Source: Nemertoderma westbladi
Lineage: Eukaryota; Animalia; Xenacoelomorpha
NCBI GenBank assembly: GCA_032718475.1
Contig: JAUCBJ010009072.1
Location: 1-64,000, forward strand
Direction of reading: 5' to 3'
Length of the DNA: 64,000 bases
The notes below the pieces were generated by a model. It made no database searches, was not told where the DNA came from, and worked only from the letters and a program-made list of their open reading frames with translations. The translations under genes and the position numbers were made by a program. Shown here in pieces: positions 12,389 to 27,300 of the stretch (position 1 is its first letter; each line of letters starts with the position of its first letter).

Positions 12389-15300
12389 TGAATCAGTTTG
12401 TCCTATTATTTCAGTTACCAATGAATCAGTTGTCCTAATGTTTGTGTTACCAATGAATCAGTTGTCCTAATGTTTGAGTTACCAATGAATCAGTTTGTCC
12501 TATTATTTGATTTACCAATGAAACAGTTCTCCTATTATTTGATTTACCAATGAATCAGTTGACCTATTATTTAATTTACCAATGAATCAGTTGTCCTATT
12601 ATTTGATTTACCAATGAATCAGTTGTCCTAATGTTTGAGTTACCAATGAATCAGTTTGTTCTAATATTTGAGTTACCAATGAATCAGTTGTCCTAATGTT
12701 TGAGTTACCAATGATTCATTTAGTCCTATTATTTGAGTTACCAATAAATCAGTTAACCTATTATTTGAGTTACCAATGAATCAGTTGTCCTAATGTTTGA
12801 GTTACCAATGAATCAGGTGTCCTAATGTTTGAGTTACCAATGAATCAGTTTGTCCTATTATTTGAGTTACCAATAAATCAGTTTATCCTATTATTTGAGT
12901 TACCAATGAATCAGTTGCCCTAATGTTTGAGTTACCAATGAATCTGTTTGTCCTAATGTTTGAGTTACCAATGAATCAGTTGTCCTAATGTTTGAGTTAC
13001 CAATGAATCAGTTTGTCCTAATGTTTGAGTTACCAATGAATCAGTTTGTCCTAATGTTTGAGTTACCAATGAATTGGTTTGTCCTAATGTTTGAGTTACC
13101 AATGAATTAGTTGTCCTAATGTTTGAGTTACCAATGAATCAGTTTGTCCTATTATTTGAGTTACCAATGAATCAGTTGTCCTAATGTTTGGGTTACCAAT
13201 GAATCACTTTGTCCTAATATTTGAGTTACCAATAAATCAGTTTGTCCTAATATTTGTGTTACCAATGAATCAGTTTGTCCTAATATTTGAGTTACCAATG
13301 AATCAGTTTGTCCTATTATTTGAGTTACCAATGAATCAGTTTGTCCTAATATTTGAGTTACCAATGAATCAGTTTGTCCTAATGTTTGAGTTACCAATGA
13401 ATCAGTTTGTCCTAATGTTTGAGTTACCAATGAATCAGTTTGTCCTAATATTTGTGTTACCAATGAATCAGTTTGTCCTATTATTTGAGTTACCAATGAA
13501 TCAGTTGTCCTAATGTTTGAGTTACCAATGAATCACTTTGTCCTAATGTTTGAGTTACCAATGAATCAGTTTGTCCTAATGTTTGAGTTACCAATGAATC
13601 AGTTTGTCCTAATGTTTGAGTTACCAATGAATCTGTTGTCCTAATGTTTGAGTTACCAATGAATCAGTTTGTCCTATTATTTGAGTTACCAATGAATCAG
13701 TTGTCCTAATGTTTGAGTTACCAATGAATCACTTTGTCCTAATATTTGAGTTACCAATGAATCAGTTTGTCCTAATATTTGAGTTACCAATGAATCAGTT
13801 TGCCCAAATATTTGAGTTAACATTGAATCAGTTTGCCCAAATATTTGAGTGAACAATGGATCAGTTTGTCCTAATGTTTGAGTTACCAATGAATCAGTTT
13901 GTCCTAATATTTGAGTTAACAATGAATCAGTTTGTCCTAATGTTTGAGTTACCAATGAATCAGTTTTTCATAATGTTTGAGTTACCAATGAATCAGTTTG
14001 TCCTAATGTTTGAGTTACCAATGAATCAGTTTGTCCTATTATTTGAGTTACCAATGAATCTGTTGTCATAATGTTTGAGTTACCAATGATTCAGTTTGTC
14101 CTATTATTTGAGTTACCAATGAATCAGTTGTCCTAATGTTTGAGTTACCAATGAATCACTTTGTCCTAATATTTGAGTTACCAATGAATCAGTTTGTCCT
14201 AATATTTGAGTTGCCAATGAATCAGTTTGCCCAAATATTTGAGTTACCAATGAATCAGTTTGCCCTAATATTTGTGTTACCAATGAATCAGTTTGTCCTA
14301 ATATTTGAGTTACCAATGAATCAGTTTGTCCTATTATTTGAGTTACCAATGAATCAGTTGTCCTAATGTTTGAGTTACCAATGAATCACTTTGTCCTAAT
14401 ATTTGAGTTGCCAATGAATCAGTTGTCCTATTATTTGAGTTACCAATGAATCAGTTGTCCTAATGTTTGAGTTACCAATGAATCACTTTGTCCTAATATT
14501 TGTGTTACCAATGAATCAGTTGTCCTAATGTTTGAGTTACCAATGAATCAGTTGTCCTAATGTTTGAGTTACCAATGAATCAGTTTGTCCTATTATTTGA
14601 GTTACCAATAAATCAGTTTGTCCTATTATTTGAGTTACCAATGAATCAGTTGTCCTAATGTTTGAGTTACCAATGAATCAGTTTGTCCTAATGTTTGAGT
14701 TACCAATGAATCAGTTGTCCTAATGTTTGAGCTACCAATGAATCAGTTTGTCCTAATGTTTGAGTTACCAATGAATCAGTTTGTCTTAATGTTTGAGTTA
14801 CCAATGAATCAGTTTGTCCTAATGTTTGAGTTACCAATGAATTGGTTTGTCCTAATGTTTGAGTTACCAATGAATTAGTTGTCCTAATGTTTGAGTTACC
14901 AATGAATCAGTTTGTCCTATTATTTGAGTTACCAATGAATCAGTTGTCCTAATGTTTGGGTTACCAATGAATCACTTTGTCCTAATATTTGAGTTNNNNN
15001 NNNNNNNNNNNNNNNNNNNNNNNNNNNNNNNNNNNNNNNNNNNNNNNNNNNNNNNNNNNNNNNNNNNNNNNNNNNNNNNNNNNNNNNNNNNNNNNATCAG
15101 TTTGTCCTAATATTTGAGTTACCAATGAATCAGTTTGTCCTATTATTTGAGTTACCAATAAATCAGTTAACCTATTATTTGAGTTACCAATGAATCAGTT
15201 TGTCCTAATATTTGTGTTACCAATGAATCAGTTTGTCCTAATATTTGAGTTACCAATGAATCAGTTTGTCCTATTATTTGAGTTACCAATGAATCAGTTG

Positions 15301-18300
15301 TCCTAATGTTTGAGTTACCAATGAATCACTTTGTCCTAATATTTGAGTTACCAATGAATCAGTTGTCCTATTATTTGAGTTAACAATGAATCAGTTGTCC
15401 TAATGTTTGAGTTGCCAATGAAACACTTTGTCCTATTATTTGAGTTGCCAATGAAACAGTTGTCCTATTATTTGAGTTACCAATGAATCAGTTGTCCTAA
15501 TGTTTGAGTTACCAATGAATCACTTTGTCCTAATATTTGTGTTACCAATGAATCAGTTGTCCTAATGTTTGAGTTACCAATGAATCAGTTGTCCTAATGT
15601 TTGAGTTACCAATGAATCAGTTTGTCCTATTATTTGAGTTACCAATAAATCAGTTAACCTATTATTTGAGTTACCAATGAATCAGTTGTCCTAATGTTTG
15701 AGTTACCAATGAATCAGTTGTCCTAATGTTTGAGTTACCAATGAATCAGTTTGTCCTATTATTTGAGTTACCAATAAATCAGTTTGTCCTATTATTTGAG
15801 TTACCAATGAATCAGTTGCCCTAATGTTTGAGTTACCAATGAATCTGTTTGTCCTAATGTTTGAGTTACCAATGAATCAGTTGTCCTAATGTTTGAGTTA
15901 CCAATGAATCAGTTTGTCCTAATGTTTGAGTTACCAATGAATCAGTTTGTCCTAATGTTTGAGTTACCAATGAATTGGTTTGTCCTAATGTTTGAGTTAC
16001 CAATGAATTAGTTGTCCTAATGTTTGAGTTACCAATGAATCAGTTTGTCCTATTATTTGAGTTACCAATGAATCAGTTGTCCTAATGTTTGGGTTACCAA
16101 TGAATCACTTTGTCCTAATATTTGAGTTACCAATAAATCAGTTTGTCCTAATATTTGTGTTACCAATGAATCAGTTTGTCCTAATATTTGAGTTACCAAT
16201 GAATCAGTTTGTCCTATTATTTGAGTTACCAATGAATCAGTTTGTCCTAATATTTGAGTTACCAATGAATCAGTTTGTCCTATTATTTGAGTTACCAATA
16301 AATCAGTTAACCTATTATTTGAGTTACCAATGAATCAGTTTGTCCTAATATTTGTGTTACCAATGAATCAGTTTGTCCTAATATTTGAGTTACCAATGAA
16401 TCAGTTTGTCCTATTATTTGAGTTACCAATGAATCAGTTGTCCTAATGTTTGAGTTACCAATGAATCACTTTGTCCTAATATTTGAGTTACCAATGAATC
16501 AGTTGTCCTATTATTTGAGTTAACAATGAATAAGTTGTCCTAATGTTTGAGTTGCCAATGAAACAGTTGTCCTATTATTTGAGTTACCAATGAATCAGTT
16601 GTCCTAATGTTTGAGTTACCAATGAATCACTTTGTCCTAATATTTGTGTTACCAATGAATCAGTTGTCCTAATGTTTGAGTTACCAATGAATCACTTTGT
16701 CCTAATGTTTGAGTTACCAATGAATCAGTTTGTCCTAATGTTTGTGTTACCAATGAATCAGTTTGTCCTAATATTTGAGTTACCAATGAATCTGTTGTCC
16801 TAATGTTTGAGTTACCAATGAATCACTTTGTCCTAATATTTGTGTTACCAATGAATCAGTTGTCCTAATATTTGAGTTACCAATGAATCAGTTTCTCCTA
16901 TTATTTGAGTTACCAATGAATCAGTTTGTCCTATTATTTGAGTTACCAATGAATAAGTTGTCCTAATGTTTGAGTTACCAATGAATCACTTTGTCCTAAT
17001 GTTTGAGTTACCAATGAATCAGTTTGTCCTAATGTTTGAGTTACCAATGAATCAGTTTGTCCTAATATTTGTGTTACCAATGAATCAGTTTGTCCTAATA
17101 TTTGAGTTACCAATGAATCAGTTTGTCCTATTATTTGAGTTACCAATGAATCAGTTGTCCTAATGTTTGAGTTACCAATGAATCACGTTGTCCTAATGTT
17201 TGAGTTACCAATGAATCAGTTTGTCCTATTATTTGAGTTACCAATAAATCAGTTAACCTATTATTTGAGTTACCAATGAATCAGTTTGTCCTAATATTTG
17301 TGTTACCAATGAATCAGTTTGTCCTAATATTTGAGTTACCAATGAATCAGTTTGTCCTATTATTTGAGTTACCAATGAATCAGTTGTCCTAATGTTTGAG
17401 TTACCAATGAATCACTTTGTCCTAATATTTGAGTTACCAATGAATCAGTTGTCCTATTATTTGAGTTAACAATGAATCAGTTGTCCTAATGTTTGAGTTG
17501 CCAATGAAACAGTTGTCCTATTATTTGAGTTACCAATGAATCAGTTGTCCTAATGTTTGAGTTACCAATGAATCACTTTGTCCTAATATTTGTGTTACCA
17601 ATGAATCAGTTGTCCTAATGTTTGAGTTACCAATGAATCACTTTGTCCTAATGTTTGAGTTACCAATGAATCAGTTTGTCCTAATGTTTGTGTTACCAAT
17701 GAATCAGTTTGTCCTAATATTTGAGTTACCAATGAATCAGTTTCTCCTATTATTTGAGTTACCAATGAATCAGTTTGTCCTATTATTTGAGTTACCAATG
17801 AATAAGTTGTCCTAATGTTTGAGTTACCAATGAATCACTTTGTCCTAATGTTTGAGTTACCAATGAATCAGTTTGTCCTAATGTTTGAGTTACCAATGAA
17901 TCAGTTTGTCCTAATATTTGTGTTACCAATGAATCAGTTTGTCCTAATATTTGAGTTACCAATGAATCAGTTTGTCCTATTATTTGAGTTACCAATGAAT
18001 CAGTTGTCCTAATGTTTGAGTTACCAATGAATCACGTTGTCCTAATGTTTGAGTTACCAATGAATCAGTTTGCCCTAATGTTTGAGTTACCAATGAATCA
18101 GTTTGTCCTAATGTTTGAGTTACCAATGAATCTGTTGTCCTAATGTTTGAGTTACCAATGAATCAGTTGTCCTAATGTTTGAGTTACCAATGAATCAGTT
18201 TGCCCAAATATTTGAGTTACCAATGAATCAGTTTGCCCAAATATTTGAGTTAACAATGAATCAGTTTGCCCAAATATTTGAGTTAACAATGAATCAGTTT

Positions 18301-21300
18301 GTCCTAATATTTGTGTTACCAATGAATCAGTTGTCCTAATGTTTGAGTTACCAATGAATCAGTTGTCCTAATGTTTGAGTTACCAATGAATCACTTTGTC
18401 CTAATATTTGAGTTACCAATGAATCAGTTTGTCCTAATATTTGAGTTACCAATGAATCAGTTTGCCCAAATATTTGAGTTACCAATGAATCAGTTTGCCC
18501 AAATATTTGAGTTAACAATGAATCAGTTTGCCCAAATATTTGAGTTAACAATGAATCAGTTTGTCCTAATATTTGTGTTACCAATGAATCAGTTGTCCTA
18601 ATGTTTGAGTTACCAATGAATCAGTTGTCCTAATGTTTGAGTTACCAATGAATCACTTTGTCCTAATATTTGAGTTACCAATGAATCAGTTTGTCCTAAT
18701 ATTTGAGTTACCAATGAATCAGTTTGCCCAAATATTTGAGTTACCAATGAATCAGTTTGCCCAAATATTTGAGTTACCAATGAATCAGTTTGTCCTATTA
18801 TTTGAGTTACCAATGAATCAGTTTGTCCTATTATTTGAGTTACCAATGAATCAGATGTCCTAATGTTTGAGTTACCAATGAATCAGTTGTCCTAATATTT
18901 GAGTTAACAATGAATCAGTTTGCCCAAATATTTGAGTGAACAATGGATCAGTTTGTCCTAATATTTGTGTTACCAATGAATCAGTTTGTCCTAATATTTG
19001 AGTGAACAATGAATCAGTTTGCCCTAATATTTGAGTTAACAATGAATCAGTTTGCCCAAATATTTGAGTGAACAATGGATCAGTCTGTCCTAATATTTGT
19101 GTTACCAATGAATCAGTTTGTCCTAATATTTGAGTGAACAATGAATCAGTTTGCCCTAATATTTGAGTTACCAATGAATCAGTTTGCCCAAATATTTGAG
19201 TTACCAATGAATCAGTTTGCCCAAATATTTGAGTTAACAATGAATCAGTTTGCCCAAATATTTGAGTGAACAATGGATCAGTTTGCCCAAATATTTGAGT
19301 GAACAATGGATCAGTTTGTCCTAATATTTGTGTTACCAATGAATCAGTTTGTCCTAATATTTGAGTGAACAATGAATCAGTTTGCCCAAATATTTGAGTT
19401 AACAATGAATCAGTTTGCCCAAATATTTGAGTTAACAATGAATCAGTTTGTCCTATTATTTGAGTTACCAATGAATCAGTTTGTCCTAATATTTGAGTTA
19501 CCAATGAATCAGTTTGTCCTATTATTTGAGTTACCAATAAATCAGTTAACCTATTATTTGAGTTACCAATGAATCAGTTTGTCCTAATATTTGTGTTACC
19601 AATGAATCAGTTTGTCCTAATATTTGAGTTACCAATGAATCAGTTTGTCCTATTATTTGAGTTACCAATGAATCAGTTGTCCTAATGTTTGAGTTACCAA
19701 TGAATTACTTTGTCCTAATATTTGAGTTACCAATGAATCAGTTGTCCTATTATTTGAGTTAACAATGAATCAGTTGTCCTAATGTTTGAGTTGCCAATGA
19801 AACAATTGTCCTATTATTTGAGTTACCAATGAATCAGTTGTCCTAATGTTTGAGTTACCAATGAATCACTTTGTCCTAATATTTGTGTTACCAATGAATC
19901 AGTTGTCCTAATGTTTGAGTTACCAATGAATCAGTTGTCCTAATGTTTGAGTTACCAATGAATCAGTTTGTCCTATTATTTGAGTTACCAATAAATCAGT
20001 TAACCTATTATTTGAGTTACCAATGAATCAGTTGTCCTAATGTTTGAGTTACCAATGAATCAGTTGTCCTAATGTTTGAGTTACCAATGAATCAGTTTGT
20101 CCTATTATTTGAGTTACCAATAAATCAGTTTGTCCTATTATTTGAGTTACCAATGAATCAGTTGCCCTAATGTTTGAGTTACCAATGAATCTGTTTGTCC
20201 TAATGTTTGAGTTACCAATGAATCAGTTGTCCTAATGTTTGAGTTACCAATGAATCAGTTTGTCCTAATGTTTGAGTTACCAATGAATCAGTTTGTCCTA
20301 ATGTTTGAGTTACCAATGAATTGGTTTGTCCTAATGTTTGAGTTACCAATGAATTAGTTGTCCTAATGTTTGAGTTACCAATGAATCAGTTTGTCCTATT
20401 ATTTGAGTTACCAATGAATCAGTTGTCCTAATGTTTGGGTTACCAATGAATCACTTTGTCCTAATATTTGAGTTACCAATAAATCAGTTTGTCCTAATAT
20501 TTGTGTTACCAATGAATCAGTTTGTCCTAATATTTGAGTTACCAATGAATCAGTTTGTCCTATTATTTGAGTTACCAATGAATCAGTTTGTCCTAATATT
20601 TGAGTTACCAATGAATCAGTTTGTCCTATTATTTGAGTTACCAATAAATCAGTTAACCTATTATTTGAGTTACCAATGAATCAGTTTGTCCTAATATTTG
20701 TGTTACCAATGAATCAGTTTGTCCTAATATTTGAGTTACCAATGAATCAGTTTGTCCTATTATTTGAGTTACCAATGAATCAGTTGTCCTAATGTTTGAG
20801 TTACCAATGAATCACTTTGTCCTAATATTTGAGTTACCAATGAATCAGTTGTCCTATTATTTGAGTTAACAATGAATAAGTTGTCCTAATGTTTGAGTTG
20901 CCAATGAAACAGTTGTCCTATTATTTGAGTTACCAATGAATCAGTTGTCCTAATGTTTGAGTTACCAATGAATCACTTTGTCCTAATATTTGTGTTACCA
21001 ATGAATCAGTTGTCCTAATGTTTGAGTTACCAATGAATCACTTTGTCCTAATGTTTGAGTTACCAATGAATCAGTTTGTCCTAATGTTTGTGTTACCAAT
21101 GAATCAGTTTGTCCTAATATTTGAGTTACCAATGAATCTGTTGTCCTAATGTTTGAGTTACCAATGAATCACTTTGTCCTAATATTTGTGTTACCAATGA
21201 ATCAGTTGTCCTAATATTTGAGTTACCAATGAATCAGTTTCTCCTATTATTTGAGTTACCAATGAATCAGTTTGTCCTATTATTTGAGTTACCAATGAAT

Positions 21301-24300
21301 AAGTTGTCCTAATGTTTGAGTTACCAATGAATCACTTTGTCCTAATGTTTGAGTTACCAATGAATCAGTTTGTCCTAATGTTTGAGTTACCAATGAATCA
21401 GTTTGTCCTAATATTTGTGTTACCAATGAATCAGTTTGTCCTAATATTTGAGTTACCAATGAATCAGTTTGTCCTATTATTTGAGTTACCAATGAATCAG
21501 TTGTCCTAATGTTTGAGTTACCAATGAATCACGTTGTCCTAATGTTTGAGTTACCAATGAATCAGTTTGTCCTATTATTTGAGTTACCAATAAATCAGTT
21601 AACCTATTATTTGAGTTACCAATGAATCAGTTTGTCCTAATATTTGTGTTACCAATGAATCAGTTTGTCCTAATATTTGAGTTACCAATGAATCAGTTTG
21701 TCCTATTATTTGAGTTACCAATGAATCAGTTGTCCTAATGTTTGAGTTACCAATGAATCACTTTGTCCTAATATTTGAGTTACCAATGAATCAGTTGTCC
21801 TATTATTTGAGTTAACAATGAATCAGTTGTCCTAATGTTTGAGTTGCCAATGAAACAGTTGTCCTATTATTTGAGTTACCAATGAATCAGTTGTCCTAAT
21901 GTTTGAGTTACCAATGAATCACTTTGTCCTAATATTTGTGTTACCAATGAATCAGTTGTCCTAATGTTTGAGTTACCAATGAATCACTTTGTCCTAATGT
22001 TTGAGTTACCAATGAATCAGTTTGTCCTAATGTTTGTGTTACCAATGAATCAGTTTGTCCTAATATTTGAGTTACCAATGAATCAGTTTCTCCTATTATT
22101 TGAGTTACCAATGAATCAGTTTGTCCTATTATTTGAGTTACCAATGAATAAGTTGTCCTAATGTTTGAGTTACCAATGAATCACTTTGTCCTAATGTTTG
22201 AGTTACCAATGAATCAGTTTGTCCTAATGTTTGAGTTACCAATGAATCAGTTTGTCCTAATATTTGTGTTACCAATGAATCAGTTTGTCCTAATATTTGA
22301 GTTACCAATGAATCAGTTTGTCCTATTATTTGAGTTACCAATGAATCAGTTGTCCTAATGTTTGAGTTACCAATGAATCACGTTGTCCTAATGTTTGAGT
22401 TACCAATGAATCAGTTTGCCCTAATGTTTGAGTTACCAATGAATCAGTTTGTCCTAATGTTTGAGTTACCAATGAATCTGTTGTCCTAATGTTTGAGTTA
22501 CCAATGAATCAGTTGTCCTAATGTTTGAGTTACCAATGAATCAGTTTGCCCAAATATTTGAGTTACCAATGAATCAGTTTGCCCAAATATTTGAGTTAAC
22601 AATGAATCAGTTTGCCCAAATATTTGAGTTAACAATGAATCAGTTTGTCCTAATATTTGTGTTACCAATGAATCAGTTGTCCTAATGTTTGAGTTACCAA
22701 TGAATCAGTTGTCCTAATGTTTGAGTTACCAATGAATCACTTTGTCCTAATATTTGAGTTACCAATGAATCAGTTTGTCCTAATATTTGAGTTACCAATG
22801 AATCAGTTTGCCCAAATATTTGAGTTACCAATGAATCAGTTTGCCCAAATATTTGAGTTAACAATGAATCAGTTTGCCCAAATATTTGAGTTAACAATGA
22901 ATCAGTTTGTCCTAATATTTGTGTTACCAATGAATCAGTTGTCCTAATGTTTGAGTTACCAATGAATCAGTTGTCCTAATGTTTGAGTTACCAATGAATC
23001 ACTTTGTCCTAATATTTGAGTTACCAATGAATCAGTTTGTCCTAATATTTGAGTTACCAATGAATCAGTTTGCCCAAATATTTGAGTTACCAATGAATCA
23101 GTTTGCCCAAATATTTGAGTTACCAATGAATCAGTTTGTCCTATTATTTGAGTTACCAATGAATCAGTTTGTCCTATTATTTGAGTTACCAATGAATCAG
23201 ATGTCCTAATGTTTGAGTTACCAATGAATCAGTTGTCCTAATATTTGAGTTAACAATGAATCAGTTTGCCCAAATATTTGAGTGAACAATGGATCAGTTT
23301 GTCCTAATATTTGTGTTACCAATGAATCAGTTTGTCCTAATATTTGAGTGAACAATGAATCAGTTTGCCCTAATATTTGAGTTAACAATGAATCAGTTTG
23401 CCCAAATATTTGAGTGAACAATGGATCAGTCTGTCCTAATATTTGTGTTACCAATGAATCAGTTTGTCCTAATATTTGAGTGAACAATGAATCAGTTTGC
23501 CCTAATATTTGAGTTACCAATGAATCAGTTTGCCCAAATATTTGAGTTACCAATGAATCAGTTTGCCCAAATATTTGAGTTAACAATGAATCAGTTTGCC
23601 CAAATATTTGAGTGAACAATGGATCAGTTTGCCCAAATATTTGAGTGAACAATGGATCAGTTTGTCCTAATATTTGTGTTACCAATGAATCAGTTTGTCC
23701 TAATATTTGAGTGAACAATGAATCAGTTTGCCCAAATATTTGAGTTAACAATGAATCAGTTTGCCCAAATATTTGAGTTAACAATGAATCAGTTTGCCCA
23801 AATATTTGAGTGAACAATGGATCAGTCTGTCCTAATATTTGTGTTACCAATGAATCAGTTTGTCCTAATATTTGAGTGAACAATGAATCAGTTTGCCCTA
23901 ATATTTGAGTTACCAATGAATCAGTTTGCCCAAATATTTGAGTTAACAATGAATCAGTTTGCCCAAATATTTGAGTTACCAATGAATCAGTTTGCCCAAA
24001 TATTTGAGTTAACAATGAATCAGTTTGCCCAAATATTTGAGTGAACAATGGATCAGTTTGCCCAAATATTTGAGTGAACAATGGATCAGTTTGTCCTAAT
24101 ATTTGTGTTACCAATGAATCAGTTTGTCCTAATATTTGAGTGAACAATGAATCAGTTTGTCCTAATATTTGAGTTAACAATGAATCAGTTTGCCCAAATA
24201 TTTGAGTTACCAATGAATCAGTTTGCCCAAATATTTGAGTTAACAATGAATCAGTTTGCCCAAATATTTGAGTGAACAATGGATCAGTTTGCCCAAATAT

Positions 24301-27300
24301 TTGAGTGAACAATGGATCAGTTTGTCCTAATATTTGTGTTAACAATGAATCAGTTTGTCCTATTATTTGAGTTACCAATGAATCAGTTTGTCCTAATATT
24401 TGAGTTACCAATGAATCAGTTTGTCCTATTATTTGAGTTACCAATAAATCAGTTAACCTATTATTTGAGTTACCAATGAATCAGTTTGTCCTAATATTTG
24501 TGTTACCAATGAATCAGTTTGTCCTAATATTTGAGTTAGCAATGAATCAGTTTGTCCTATTATTTGAGTTACCAATGAATCAGTTGTCCTAATGTTTGAG
24601 TTACCAATGAATCACTTTGTCCTAATATTTGAGTTACCAATGAATCAGTTGTCCTATTATTTGAGTTAACAATGAATCAGTTGTCCTAATGTTTGAGTTG
24701 CCAATGAAACAATTGTCCTATTATTTGAGTTACCAATGAATCAGTTGTCCTAATGTTTGAGTTACCAATGAATCACTTTGTCCTAATATTTGTGTTACCA
24801 ATGAATCAGTTGTCCTAATGTTTGAGTTACCAATGAATCAGTTGTCCTAATGTTTGAGTTACCAATGAATCAGTTTGTCCTATTATTTGAGTTACCAATA
24901 AATCAGTTAACCTATTATTTGAGTTACCAATGAATCAGTTGTCCTAATGTTTGAGTTACCAATGAATCAGTTGTCCTAATGTTTGAGTTACCAATGAATC
25001 AGTTTGTCCTATTATTTGAGTTACCAATAAATCAGTTTGTCCTATTATTTGAGTTACCAATGAATCAGTTGCCCTAATGTTTGAGTTACCAATGAATCTG
25101 TTTGTCCTAATGTTTGAGTTACCAATGAATCAGTTGTCCTAATGTTTGAGTTACCAATGAATCAGTTTGTCCTAATGTTTGAGTTACCAATGAATCAGTT
25201 TGTCCTAATGTTTGAGTTACCAATGAATTGGTTTGTCCTAATGTTTGAGTTACCAATGAATTAGTTGTCCTAATGTTTGAGTTACCAATGAATCAGTTTG
25301 TCCTATTATTTGAGTTACCAATGAATCAGTTGTCCTAATGTTTGGGTTACCAATGAATCACTTTGTCCTAATATTTGAGTTACCAATAAATCAGTTTGTC
25401 CTAATATTTGTGTTACCAATGAATCAGTTTGTCCTAATATTTGAGTTACCAATGAATCAGTTTGTCCTATTATTTGAGTTACCAATGAATCAGTTTGTCC
25501 TAATATTTGAGTTACCAATGAATCAGTTTGTCCTATTATTTGAGTTACCAATAAATCAGTTAACCTATTATTTGAGTTACCAATGAATCAGTTTGTCCTA
25601 ATATTTGTGTTACCAATGAATCAGTTTGTCCTAATATTTGAGTTACCAATGAATCAGTTTGTCCTATTATTTGAGTTACCAATGAATCAGTTGTCCTAAT
25701 GTTTGAGTTACCAATGAATCACTTTGTCCTAATATTTGAGTTACCAATGAATCAGTTGTCCTATTATTTGAGTTAACAATGAATAAGTTGTCCTAATGTT
25801 TGAGTTGCCAATGAAACAGTTGTCCTATTATTTGAGTTACCAATGAATCAGTTGTCCTAATGTTTGAGTTACCAATGAATCACTTTGTCCTAATATTTGT
25901 GTTACCAATGAATCAGTTGTCCTAATGTTTGAGTTACCAATGAATCACTTTGTCCTAATGTTTGAGTTACCAATGAATCAGTTTGTCCTAATGTTTGTGT
26001 TACCAATGAATCAGTTTGTCCTAATATTTGAGTTACCAATGAATCTGTTGTCCTAATGTTTGAGTTACCAATGAATCACTTTGTCCTAATATTTGTGTTA
26101 CCAATGAATCAGTTGTCCTAATATTTGAGTTACCAATGAATCAGTTTCTCCTATTATTTGAGTTACCAATGAATCAGTTTGTCCTATTATTTGAGTTACC
26201 AATGAATAAGTTGTCCTAATGTTTGAGTTACCAATGAATCACTTTGTCCTAATGTTTGAGTTACCAATGAATCAGTTTGTCCTAATGTTTGAGTTACCAA
26301 TGAATCAGTTTGTCCTAATATTTGTGTTACCAATGAATCAGTTTGTCCTAATATTTGAGTTACCAATGAATCAGTTTGTCCTATTATTTGAGTTACCAAT
26401 GAATCAGTTGTCCTAATGTTTGAGTTACCAATGAATCACGTTGTCCTAATGTTTGAGTTACCAATGAATCAGTTTGTCCTATTATTTGAGTTACCAATAA
26501 ATCAGTTAACCTATTATTTGAGTTACCAATGAATCAGTTTGTCCTAATATTTGTGTTACCAATGAATCAGTTTGTCCTAATATTTGAGTTACCAATGAAT
26601 CAGTTTGTCCTATTATTTGAGTTACCAATGAATCAGTTGTCCTAATGTTTGAGTTACCAATGAATCACTTTGTCCTAATATTTGAGTTACCAATGAATCA
26701 GTTGTCCTATTATTTGAGTTAACAATGAATCAGTTGTCCTAATGTTTGAGTTGCCAATGAAACAGTTGTCCTATTATTTGAGTTACCAATGAATCAGTTG
26801 TCCTAATGTTTGAGTTACCAATGAATCACTTTGTCCTAATATTTGTGTTACCAATGAATCAGTTGTCCTAATGTTTGAGTTACCAATGAATCACTTTGTC
26901 CTAATGTTTGAGTTACCAATGAATCAGTTTGTCCTAATGTTTGTGTTACCAATGAATCAGTTTGTCCTAATATTTGAGTTACCAATGAATCAGTTTCTCC
27001 TATTATTTGAGTTACCAATGAATCAGTTTGTCCTATTATTTGAGTTACCAATGAATAAGTTGTCCTAATGTTTGAGTTACCAATGAATCACTTTGTCCTA
27101 ATGTTTGAGTTACCAATGAATCAGTTTGTCCTAATGTTTGAGTTACCAATGAATCAGTTTGTCCTAATATTTGTGTTACCAATGAATCAGTTTGTCCTAA
27201 TATTTGAGTTACCAATGAATCAGTTTGTCCTATTATTTGAGTTACCAATGAATCAGTTGTCCTAATGTTTGAGTTACCAATGAATCACGTTGTCCTAATG

